DNA from: Gemmatimonadales bacterium
GTDB lineage: Bacteria; Gemmatimonadota; Gemmatimonadetes; Gemmatimonadales; GWC2-71-9
Reading direction: 5' to 3'
Assembly (NCBI GenBank): GCA_041741375.1
Contig: JBGSKF010000095.1
Coordinates: forward strand, 41 to 64,040
Length of the DNA: 64,000 nt
This document shows positions 55,404 through 64,000 of this stretch, piece by piece (the first letter of the stretch is position 1; the number at the start of each line of letters is the position of its first letter). Below the pieces are notes generated by a model. It was not told where the DNA came from and ran no database searches. It saw only the letters and a program-made list of their open reading frames with translations. The position numbers were made by a program, and so were the translations under genes.

Positions 55404-56240
55404 ATGCCCCTTCGCCCCCTTCGCACCATTGCCCTCCCCGCCCCGGTCCAGGCCGTTCACGACCAGTGGATCGGTGATCTGGAGAGTGCCCTCTCGGCGC
55501 CGGATGCCGACTGGAACCTCATCGTTCGTGACACACTGCGCGCCCTCTGGTACCCCGGTCTGTCCGATGTCCAGGGGCTGCTGGACGATCCCGCAACCCC
55601 GATTCCCACGCGGGCATCCCTCCTGGCGCTCGATCCCCGCCACGTCACCCTGGAGCCGGAGTATTACGCGGACGTCGACCTGGAGAGGTTCCGGCGGGTC
55701 AAGCCCCTGCTCTGGCTCTGGTACAGCTTCGATCGCAGTCCCCTCGGCGGGCAGAATGTCGACCTCGGAGTCCGGCTCCGGCGCACCCTGGCTCCGCGGA
55801 TCTTTGCGCGCTGCGGGCGGAACTTCAAGTGCTTCCAGCACACCGAGTTCTCGTTCGGATACAATCTGGAGGTGGGGGACGACGTGGTGGTGCACCGCCA
55901 CGTCCTGCTCGACGACCGCGGTGGCATCGTCCTGGGGGACCGGGTGAGCATCGCGGACTATGCCAACGTCTACAGCCACACCCACAGCATCGTGGATCAA
56001 AAGGATGTCACGACGCTGCGAACCGTCCTGGAGGCGGACGTGCGGATCACCTACCATGCCACCGTGCTGGCCGGAGTGCGGGTCGGGGAGAACGGGATGG
56101 TGGGCGCGGGAGCGATGGCGACGAAGAGCGTGCGGGCCTACCATGTGAACGTCGGGGTCCCCGCCAAGTCGGTCATGATCAAGCCCAATGCCCCCCCCTC
56201 GGCCCGCACCACGGAGCGTGTCCCTCCCCGGGATGCCTGA
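55404..56240 (+). CDS. Acyltransferase with left-handed beta-helix (hexapeptide repeat) domain
   Basis: C-terminal hexapeptide-type repeats: GDDVVVHRHVLLDDRGGIVLGDRVSIADYANVYS...VRITYHATVLAGVRVGENGMVGAGAMA. Confidence 0.75.
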   Translation: MPLRPLRTIALPAPVQAVHDQWIGDLESALSAPDADWNLIVRDTLRALWYPGLSDVQGLLDDPATPIPTRASLLALDPRHVTLEPEYYADVDLERFRRVKPLLWLWYSFDRSPLGGQNVDLGVRLRRTLAPRIFARCGRNFKCFQHTEFSFGYNLEVGDDVVVHRHVLLDDRGGIVLGDRVSIADYANVYSHTHSIVDQKDVTTLRTVLEADVRITYHATVLAGVRVGENGMVGAGAMATKSVRAYHVNVGVPAKSVMIKPNAPPSARTTERVPPRDA

Positions 56241-56388
56241 GAGCCGGGGCGGGGTGCGGTTCACCCGTACGTGACACAGTCGTTGCACAGGCGTTGACCC
56301 TTCGACACGGAGTCCGTGGATCTTTGCGGTCTCCGGTCGCCCCCTGTGACCGGGAGACCACCATTCCCCGATCGCTCGAGGGCGCCCC

Positions 56389-59178
56389 ATGTCCGCAATC
56401 GTTCGCCTGCTCCTCCTGACCCTGTGCGCCTCGATCGTCGTCGCGCTTCCGTCACACGCCCAGAGCACCGGCCGCCTGGCCGGTCGGGTGGTCGATGCGG
56501 CTCGGGGCACCCCGCTCGCCGGTGCCCTTGTCGAGGTCGTGGGGCCAGGCCCCGAGGTCAACCGCGCCCTCACGGGTGTGGATGGACGGTACGTGCTCTT
56601 GAACATCTCCCCCGGGGTCGTTTCGCTGCGCGTCCGGATGCTGGGATACCGCCCGAAGGTCGTGACCGACGTGGCGGTTCGGGAAGGGGGCGTCACCACC
56701 CAAGACATCACGCTGGACGCGGAGTCGGTCCAGCTGGAGGACATCACGGTTTCCGCCGCCACCGAGCGGGGAAGCGTGGCGAGCGCCTTGAACGAGCAGC
56801 GGGTCTCGGTCAATGTGGTGAATGCCGTCACCGCGGAGGAGATCGCGCGGAGTCCCGACGGGGACGCCGCCACGGCGATGCAACGGGTAAGCGGAGTGTC
56901 GGTGCAGGACGGACGGTATGTCTCGGTGCGTGGCCTGGGGCAGCGCTACACGGTGGCGTCCTTGAACGGCACTCGTCTTCCCTCCATGGAGCCGGAGCGA
57001 AAGGTCGTGCCGCTGGATCTGTACCCCGCGAGCATGATCGAGGGGATCACGACGGCCAAGACCTTCACCCCCGACCGGTCGGGCGATTTCAGTGGCGGCG
57101 AGGTCAACATCGTGACCCGGAGTTTCCCGGCGGAGCGGCGGTTTTCCGTGAGTGTCGGCAGTGGGGTCAACAGCCGCGCCACGGGCCAACTGCTCCCGCG
57201 AGCCCGTCGAACCGGCCGGGAATGGCTGGCCTTCGGGTCGGATCAGCGCTCCCTGCCCTCGATCGTGCGCGATGCGGGAAGCTTCAGCACCCAGCCCTCC
57301 CAGGAAGCGATCAACCAGATGGTGGGTTCCTTCCGGAACTCCTGGTCTCCCCGGCGCGACCGCGGCGAGCCGGCCGCATCCTTCGGGGTGTCCCTGGGAG
57401 GCAAGGACCCGGTGTTTGGACAGGATGTCGGGTACCTGGCGTCCTTTTCCTACAATCGCACGCATGAGATCGAGGACGGGCAGATCCGCGCCAACGCCAT
57501 CGTGGGAGACACACCGGGCACCCAGCGCGAGGTCGACATGTTCGAGGGTGTCACCGGGCGGGAGAGTGTCCTCTGGGGAGGACTGGTGACCCTCAGCACG
57601 GACGTGGCCCCCGGCTCCCGCCTCTCCCTCAACGCGACCTACAACCGGTCGGCGGACAGCGAGGGCCGGAGAGAAATTGGAGAAAGCGAGAATCTCGGAG
57701 GGCGCTTCGAGGTGCTGCGCCAGCGGTATGTGGAGCGCTCGACCCTGTCCGGCCAGTTGGGTGGCGAGCACCGATTCGGCCTGCGCCATCAACTCGACTG
57801 GAAGGTCACCGCCTCCCGGGTGACCCGGGACGAGCCTGATCGCAGCGAATTCGTGTTCCAGCTCGACACCGATCCCTTCGGCAGCCCGCTTCCCCCGGCC
57901 TGGTTCAGCATCTCCAACGAGGGGGCGGTGCGGACCTTCGCGGAATTGGCTGAGGAGAGCGTTCAGGCCGCGGTGGATTACAGGGTGGTTTTCGGCCCCC
58001 TCGATCGTCCCCATGCACTCAAGGTGGGGGGTCTGGTTCGCCGGACCACGCGGGATGCCGACAACCGGGTCTTCAGTCTGTCCGCTTCCCTGGACCGCGC
58101 CAGTCGCGAGCTCTCGCCCGAGGAGATCTTCGACGGACGGTTTTCCCAGCCGGGAAGCTCCGTGTTCCGTATCACTCCGCTGAGCCAGGGTGGATCCTAC
58201 TCCGCGGAGGATGATCTCTTCGCCGGTTATGCCATGGTTCAGCTCTTCCCGTCGGAGCGGGTGGAGATCGTGGGCGGGGCTCGCTTCGAACGTTCCGAAG
58301 TGTCCGTGACGACACAGCCGACCGTCGGCGAAAATGTCACAACCCGTCCCACCTTCACGGACGTGCTGCCCGGCGTGGCGGTGAACATCAGTCTCGACGA
58401 TCGCCAGGTGCTGCGCCTCGCGGGATCACAGACTCTTTCCCGCCCCGAATACCGGGAATTGGCGCCGGTTCAATTCCGGGAGGTCCTGGGAGGGGACAAC
58501 ATCCTGGGGAACCCCGATCTCGTCCGGACCCTGATCCGGAATGCCGACATCCGGTGGGAGTTCTATCCCCGGCCGACGGAGGTGATCAGCATCGCGGCCT
58601 TCGGCAAGTGGTTCGACGACCCGATCGAGCAGGTCTTCCTCGGCACGTCCGGGACACGGATCATCAGCTTCCTGAATGCCAAATCGGCCCGGAACTTCGG
58701 GGTGGAGTTGGAACTGAGGAAGAATCTCGATCTCCTGGGTGAGTCCTTCCGCCCCTGGTCGTTCTTCGGCAATGCGACGTTCATGAACAGCCGGGTGACG
58801 GTGGCGGGGAGCCAGGGTCTGGCGGCGTTGCTCAACGACGACCGGGCGATGGTGGGTCAGGCCCCCTACGTGGTCAATGCCGGCCTGACGTGGACATCCC
58901 CCTCGTCGCAGTGGGCGGGCTCGGTTCTCTACAACGTCGTGGGCCGTCGCATCTTCAGCGTCGGAGAGAGCCCCCTTCCCAACGTGTTCGAGGAAGCCCG
59001 CAACGTGGTGGATGTGTCACTCCGCTTTCCCATGCCGGGGGCCTTGAGCGGCCGGATCGACACGAAGAACCTGCTCGATGCCTCGGCTCAGCTCACCCAG
59101 GGGTCCGTGACCAAGCAGTTCAGCCGGAGCGGGCGCCAGTTCTCCGTGGGGTTCAGCTGGGTTCCCTCCGGCTCGTGA
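56389..59178 (+). CDS. TonB-dependent receptor with N-terminal carboxypeptidase-regulatory-like domain
   Basis: Signal peptide, then GRLAGRVVDAARGTPLAGALVEV (CarbopepD_reg-like), plug region (VNVVNAVTAEEIARSPD), and a long beta-barrel ending ...FSVGFSWVPSGS. Confidence 0.9.
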   Translation: MSAIVRLLLLTLCASIVVALPSHAQSTGRLAGRVVDAARGTPLAGALVEVVGPGPEVNRALTGVDGRYVLLNISPGVVSLRVRMLGYRPKVVTDVAVREGGVTTQDITLDAESVQLEDITVSAATERGSVASALNEQRVSVNVVNAVTAEEIARSPDGDAATAMQRVSGVSVQDGRYVSVRGLGQRYTVASLNGTRLPSMEPERKVVPLDLYPASMIEGITTAKTFTPDRSGDFSGGEVNIVTRSFPAERRFSVSVGSGVNSRATGQLLPRARRTGREWLAFGSDQRSLPSIVRDAGSFSTQPSQEAINQMVGSFRNSWSPRRDRGEPAASFGVSLGGKDPVFGQDVGYLASFSYNRTHEIEDGQIRANAIVGDTPGTQREVDMFEGVTGRESVLWGGLVTLSTDVAPGSRLSLNATYNRSADSEGRREIGESENLGGRFEVLRQRYVERSTLSGQLGGEHRFGLRHQLDWKVTASRVTRDEPDRSEFVFQLDTDPFGSPLPPAWFSISNEGAVRTFAELAEESVQAAVDYRVVFGPLDRPHALKVGGLVRRTTRDADNRVFSLSASLDRASRELSPEEIFDGRFSQPGSSVFRITPLSQGGSYSAEDDLFAGYAMVQLFPSERVEIVGGARFERSEVSVTTQPTVGENVTTRPTFTDVLPGVAVNISLDDRQVLRLAGSQTLSRPEYRELAPVQFREVLGGDNILGNPDLVRTLIRNADIRWEFYPRPTEVISIAAFGKWFDDPIEQVFLGTSGTRIISFLNAKSARNFGVELELRKNLDLLGESFRPWSFFGNATFMNSRVTVAGSQGLAALLNDDRAMVGQAPYVVNAGLTWTSPSSQWAGSVLYNVVGRRIFSVGESPLPNVFEEARNVVDVSLRFPMPGALSGRIDTKNLLDASAQLTQGSVTKQFSRSGRQFSVGFSWVPSGS

Positions 59179-59313
59179 CCGAGGTGTGACAGGAGTGACG
59201 CCGGGGTGTCGCCCGGGGTGCCGAAGTTTCGGGTGCCTCGGGCGACGTGTCCTGAGGACGGGACGCCCGAGACTCACCCGTTCACCGACTTCAGCTCAAA
59301 GGACCCTGGTACA

Positions 59314-61029
59314 ATGTTGCAGACCCTCTTCCGCACGACCCGCTGGATCCCCGCCGGCCTGGTGGTCCTGGTGGCCGCCTGCAGTGACGATGACGGGCCG
59401 GGGACCAACCCGACACCTCCCCCCCCCGCGATTCCCCTCGTGGCCCCCTCCGGAGTGAACGCCACCGCGGCGTCGGCCACCGCGATCACCGTCTCTTTCA
59501 CTCCCTCGGCGGGCGCCACGACCCATCGGGTGGAGCGGGCCCAGGGCGCCGGTGGCACATTTGCTCAGGCGGGCACGACCACGGCCAGCCCCTTCAACGA
59601 TACGGGCCTGACTCCCACCACCCTGTATCGCTACAGGGTGGTGGCTGTACGGGGAACCGAGGAGGCGGCGTCCGGCGAGGTGCAGGCCACCACCCAGGCA
59701 CTGCAACCGGGCTCGGGCACCGTGGAGGTCTCGACCGACATCACCACCAACACGACGTGGACGGCCACCAACACCTATCTCCTGAAGGGATTCATTCACG
59801 TGGCCAACGGCGCCACGCTCACGATTGAGCCGGGCACGGTCATTCAGGGTGATTTCAACACCCTGGGATCCTCGTTGTTTGTGTTGCGTGGATCGAAGAT
59901 CATCGCCAACGGCACGGCCACTCAGCCCATCGTCTTCACGAGCTCGCAGCCGGTGGGGCAGCGGCAGGCCGGAGACTGGGGGGGACTGATCCTCGTGGGG
60001 AACGGAATCATCAATCGCGCCGCGCCGGTCATTCTCGAAGGGACGGGAACCAATGCCAGCAACTTCGCGATCGACTATGCGGGAGGGACGGACAACACGG
60101 ACACCAGCGGAAGCCTCCGCTTCGTGCGGGTGGAATTCGCCGGATTCGGACCCGCGCCGGACGCCGAGCTCAACACCTTCACCTTCGCCGCGGTCGGGTC
60201 GGGAACGGTGCTGGAGAATCTTCAGTCTTTGAACGGCCTGGATGATTCGTTTGAGTTCTTCGGGGGCGCGGTCGACGGGAAGAACCTGGTGAGCTACAAC
60301 TCCGGTGACGACCACTTCGACATGTCGGAAGGATATGTGGGGCGCCTCCAGTTCCTGATCGCCTACCAAACCCGCACGGTGATCCCCCGACCCACGGCGG
60401 GAAACATCTCCAGCGATCCGCAGGGCATCGAGAACGACGGCTGCGCCGGCGCCAACTGCACCGACGGCCAGAACTCCTTGCCACTGAATGCTCCCCTGGT
60501 GGCGAATTTTACCCTGGTCGGTCCCCCGAGCACCGTCACCAGCTCCTCGGGCGGGATTGGCATGATGCTCCGCCGCGGGACGGCCGGAGTCTACATCAAC
60601 GGGGTCACCGCCCGCTGGAGCCGGGCCGGGATCAGTCTCCGGGACCAGAGCACCCTGGATCGGATCGCCTCGGGTGAGCTCCGGCTGTCGAACGTGGCCG
60701 TGGCCGAATCCCCGGTGATCTTCCAGCCCCAGACGGGTACCACCGTACAGGGCACGGTGAACACCGGCACCAACAGCATCGAAGATCTTCTGACAACCCC
60801 AGCGAGAACGCTCTTCACCGCCTTGCCTGACGCGGAACCCGCGGGACCGGCCGGCCTCGACTGGAGTCCGGCCGCGGGGAGCCCCCTTACGACCGGTGGT
60901 CTTTCCATCTTCACGGGGCCGCTCGCCACCAAGGCCGGGGCGTTCGTCCAACCCACGAGCTACCGGGGCGCTGCGGGCCCGGGGCAGCCGAAGTGGTGGT
61001 CGGGATGGACCAACTTCGCGGTCAATTGA
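59314..61029 (+). CDS. Lipoprotein with fibronectin type III domain, partner of the TonB-dependent receptor
   Basis: ATG 59314 gives MLQTLFRTTRWIPAGLVVLVAACS (lipobox). FN3-like SGVNATAASATAITVSFTPSAGATTHRVER...YRYRVVAV. Confidence 0.7.
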   Translation: MLQTLFRTTRWIPAGLVVLVAACSDDDGPGTNPTPPPPAIPLVAPSGVNATAASATAITVSFTPSAGATTHRVERAQGAGGTFAQAGTTTASPFNDTGLTPTTLYRYRVVAVRGTEEAASGEVQATTQALQPGSGTVEVSTDITTNTTWTATNTYLLKGFIHVANGATLTIEPGTVIQGDFNTLGSSLFVLRGSKIIANGTATQPIVFTSSQPVGQRQAGDWGGLILVGNGIINRAAPVILEGTGTNASNFAIDYAGGTDNTDTSGSLRFVRVEFAGFGPAPDAELNTFTFAAVGSGTVLENLQSLNGLDDSFEFFGGAVDGKNLVSYNSGDDHFDMSEGYVGRLQFLIAYQTRTVIPRPTAGNISSDPQGIENDGCAGANCTDGQNSLPLNAPLVANFTLVGPPSTVTSSSGGIGMMLRRGTAGVYINGVTARWSRAGISLRDQSTLDRIASGELRLSNVAVAESPVIFQPQTGTTVQGTVNTGTNSIEDLLTTPARTLFTALPDAEPAGPAGLDWSPAAGSPLTTGGLSIFTGPLATKAGAFVQPTSYRGAAGPGQPKWWSGWTNFAVN

Positions 61030-61058
61030 GACTTTCGCTTCCTGCCCGCCCACTGCCG

Positions 61059-61715
61059 GTGTCCCCTTCGGGGGGCGCCGGCAGTGTCGCGTGCCGATCA
61101 CTCGGATCAGGAGCGGGAACCGCCCTGCTGGCACTGATTCTGGTCGCGGCATGCCATCCTGCTCCTCACGCCTCAGAGGACGCGCGGGATGGGCGGGAGA
61201 CCGTGTCGCCCGCCAGGGTCATAGACAGCATCCTCCCGCTGGAGGAGGAGATCAGACGGTTCGCGGCCCTCTCCCCCCCTCAGTCGTCCTTGTCCCACGG
61301 AGCTCACAGCCGCGAGGAGCTCGTGTTCCAGTGGGCCGCGGCGGTCGCGGCACGGGACTCGGCGTCTCTGGCCCGGCTGCACATCACTCCCGGTGAATTC
61401 ATCGGCATCTACTATCCGAACTCTGTTTATACGTCTCCCCCCTACCGACAGAGTCCTTCGCTAGTCTGGTTCCGCATGGTGAACTCGTCGAGTCGGGGGT
61501 CCACGAGAGTGATGCGGCGCCATGGGGGGCAGTCCTTCTCTCTTCGCGGGCTCCGGTGCGAGGAAGCCCCGATGTCCCTCGGCCCCATCCGGGTCTGGTC
61601 CCCCTGCCTGGTTCAACGAGAAGGGGATTCCCCGGTGCGGGAGCAGCGCCTCTTCGGCCCGATTCTCGAGCACGAGGGCCGATTCAAGTTCCTGACCTAC
61701 GACTCGGAGTACTGA
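61059..61715 (+). CDS. Hypothetical lipoprotein
   Basis: Lipobox LALILVAAC. The start is uncertain (GTG 61059 or TTG 61026 overlapping the previous stop). No recognisable family. Confidence 0.5.
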   Translation: MSPSGGAGSVACRSLGSGAGTALLALILVAACHPAPHASEDARDGRETVSPARVIDSILPLEEEIRRFAALSPPQSSLSHGAHSREELVFQWAAAVAARDSASLARLHITPGEFIGIYYPNSVYTSPPYRQSPSLVWFRMVNSSSRGSTRVMRRHGGQSFSLRGLRCEEAPMSLGPIRVWSPCLVQREGDSPVREQRLFGPILEHEGRFKFLTYDSEY

Positions 61716-62407
61716 GCAGGAACGGAGGACGCCCTCCCCTCGGAACCCTCCTTGTGCACGACCCAGGTGGTCATGCTCCGCCGCTGGTCGACGAGAGTGG
61801 TCTTGAGGGGGTCGAGGAGGCGCCCCCCGAGAGCGGCCGTCGCGTCGTGCAGGAAAGGGGCGTCGACCAGAAAGCGAGTGGATCCATCCGGGAGGCGAAA
61901 CCAGCGACCTCCCAGGGGATCGAGCTGGTCCCCCATGCCGATGGTCGACGCCAACCGGCAGAACAGCATCCCTCCCGGTCGCAGGGTCCTCCAGAGATCT
62001 TCGGTCGCGCGGTGAAAGGCGTCCTCATCCCGGGAAAAGTGCAGGACCGCATTCGCGACGACCACGTCAAAGCTCCGGTCCGGAAAGGGGACGCTCTCGA
62101 TGGAGGCGCATTGGAAGTTCTCCGGGGAAAGGGCCGGAGCGAACCTTGCCGCCAGGGCCCGCACCACTCGCACGGATTCCTCCGACGTGTCCACACCCCA
62201 GGCGACGTATCCCGCTCTCAGAAAGTATTCCAGGTTCCGCCCCGTGCCCATTCCCGCGTCGAGCAGGCTCATGCCCGGCGTGATCCGCCCCCGCAGCAGT
62301 TGATCGAGGAGGTAGATGTCGACGCGCCCCAGGGTGAGGAGCCATCCCCCTGGATCGGGGTGGACCGGATTTTCCCCAGGCGCGGGGGCGCTATCCCTTC
62401 CTGGCAT
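61697..62407 (-). CDS. Class I SAM-dependent methyltransferase
   Basis: ATG 62407 (M30 of the ORF). Motif I LLDAGMGTGRN, then VVVANAVLHF and LRPGGMLF. Confidence 0.8.
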   Translation of the reverse strand: MPGRDSAPAPGENPVHPDPGGWLLTLGRVDIYLLDQLLRGRITPGMSLLDAGMGTGRNLEYFLRAGYVAWGVDTSEESVRVVRALAARFAPALSPENFQCASIESVPFPDRSFDVVVANAVLHFSRDEDAFHRATEDLWRTLRPGGMLFCRLASTIGMGDQLDPLGGRWFRLPDGSTRFLVDAPFLHDATAALGGRLLDPLKTTLVDQRRSMTTWVVHKEGSEGRASSVPAQYSES

Positions 62408-63308
62408 GCGAGTCCGCGTGAGGTACGGTGACCGGAGGAACCCCGACGAGTTCGACCGTCGTGGAGCCGAGCTGTACCCGTCCCGCCGTGTCATCGATCG
62501 CGTTCAGCACGGCCTCAAACAACTGATCCTTCGTCACGCGGCGGCGGCGGTAGTCGACGGGGTACCGGATCGTGTAGGACAACCAGTTGTCGGTGGCCAC
62601 CAGAGTCACGAAGGGAACCAGCCGTGCCTGCTCAATCCGATACCGCGTGACCAACTCGGCCCAGGCACCCGCGGCCGACTCGGCATAGGCCCCCGTCACC
62701 GCACTCGCCGTCTCCTACAGAATGCTCCTGGCGAGCACACGATCCGAACGATAGCTGATGGGTAGAACAATCTCGTCCCAGAGAAAGGGGAAATCCGCGC
62801 TGTAGTTGAAGACTGGCTCCTTGAACACGAAGCTGTTGGCAACCCGGACGATCCGCCCGTTGTACAGATCACCATCGACCCAATCCCCGCACTCCATGAG
62901 GGTGGTGCGAAGGATGCCAACGTCGATGACGTCCCCCCGGATGCCCCCAAGCCGGACGCGATCCCCCACGCGGAAGAAACCACCCGCCAGCACGGCCACC
63001 CACCCCGCGACGCTCGCGATCACCTCTTGCAGGGCAAAGGCCACACCAGCCCCGGCCACCCCAAATGCGACGGTCAGTCCTCCCAATCGATCACTGAACC
63101 CCTCGGCGATGTAGACGGCCGCCACCGCATACCCGAGAAGGATCACGAGCTTTCTGGTTCGATATCGTCCATCCACGTCATGGATTCGCGGGGTCAGGCG
63201 GCGAGTGACCACCCACACGGCGGTGTAGATGACCATCAGGCCGATCAGGATGCGCAGCAGTCGCAAGCTCAGCGGATTGGTCAGCCAGGGAGGCAGTCCA
63301 TCAAGCAT
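62391..63308 (-). pseudogene. MscS-family mechanosensitive channel interrupted by an in-frame TAG (62715-62717)
   Basis: ORF 62715..63308 holds the TM region and beta domain (GGFFRVGDRVRLGGIRGDVIDVGILRTTL). The same frame continues after the stop as ETASAVTGAYAES...LVPFVTLVATDNWLSYTIRYPV (MscS C-terminal domain). Confidence 0.65.
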
Positions 63309-63317
63309 CAGGAAACC

Positions 63318-64000
63318 TCATCCCGTTCCCCGCGGCAGGAGGTTTGCCGCCTGAATCCGATCCAGAACGACGTGACGCATCACGGAGCGAACCCGATAGG
63401 CCACTCCCGGGACCACGCGGACCCCGGCCTCGACACGATCAGTCTCCTGGGTGCTCTCGGCCAGGCGGGGCTCCAGAAGGCGCAGCGCCAACAGGTGTTC
63501 CAGGGATTGCCGGGCTCGCTCCTCGCTGAGGCGGAAGATGGCCGCGTGCTCTGCCACCGTCAGCGTCCCGTGCATGAGCAGCGCCCGGAGGGTCATCGTA
63601 CTCACCAGGGGGAGGGAGTCGAGAAAGCGATAGTCGAGCCGGTCAATCGGCCGGAGCATCACTCGGCCCCCCGGCTGCCCCTCTCCGCCTCCTTCCTCAA
63701 ACCTGGCGGAGCGGAGCCAATACAGAAGGGCCTGCCCGATGTCCCCTTCGGTGGCCCGGGCCATCCGATCGATGTAGAGTGAGCGCAGGAGACGATCACG
63801 GGCCTCCGCCGTTCGCACCCGGGCCAGCCTCTGCCGCAGAAGGAACCCCTGGAGGTCGGGAGGAAGCACCTGAAGCGCGAGTCCGCTCCATTCATGGCGT
63901 GTCAGGAGGGCTTGTTCCAACTCCCCCCGGCCCAGGGGGTCGAGGCGAAGGTGGCGGAACGCACGCAGCGCCTCGGCGAGCTCGGCACGCACGACCGGCC
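63318..64000 (-). CDS. Hypothetical protein, C-terminal part (5' end outside window)
   Basis: The frame is open to the window edge with coding-like GC3. A winged-helix-like C-terminus (TLTVAEHAAIFRLSEERARQSLEHLLALRLLE) is only a guess. Confidence 0.45.
   Translation of the reverse strand, partial: PVVRAELAEALRAFRHLRLDPLGRGELEQALLTRHEWSGLALQVLPPDLQGFLLRQRLARVRTAEARDRLLRSLYIDRMARATEGDIGQALLYWLRSARFEEGGGEGQPGGRVMLRPIDRLDYRFLDSLPLVSTMTLRALLMHGTLTVAEHAAIFRLSEERARQSLEHLLALRLLEPRLAESTQETDRVEAGVRVVPGVAYRVRSVMRHVVLDRIQAANLLPRGTG

Overview
GC-rich bacterial chromosomal window. The gene content (TolB-propeller Ser/Thr kinases, TonB receptor plus lipoprotein pairs, many leaderless-type promoters) suggests Gemmatimonadota or Acidobacteriota, but that is inference only. 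Nt 1-46,100 look accessory. They hold three paralogous Ser/Thr kinases with TolB-like propellers plus at least four 5' kinase stubs. They also hold seven classic type II TA pairs (PIN/VapC x5, RelBE, HEPN-MNT), two small-ORF + nucleotidyltransferase pairs and three decayed TA remnants. Further accessory content: a tandem triplication of Uma2-family endonuclease genes with a fourth distant copy, a tyrosine phenol-lyase-like gene followed by two paralogous membrane-anchored PQQ-like propeller genes, secreted beta-propeller proteins, and several frameshifted or nonsense-interrupted genes. Intergenic DNA carries REP-like hairpins and tandem heptamer arrays (TGNTCAN). Nt 46,100-55,300 are core: dnaK, htrA, Hpt, tRNA-Leu(UAG), response regulator, tig-clpP-clpX-engB. 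After that come an acyltransferase, a TonB-dependent receptor with lipoproteins, a methyltransferase and an MscS-family gene with an in-frame TAG. I saw no CRISPR array, rRNA, transposase or integrase. The many long antisense ORFs in the track are GC-bias artefacts. All frameshift calls could instead be assembly errors and need read-level confirmation.
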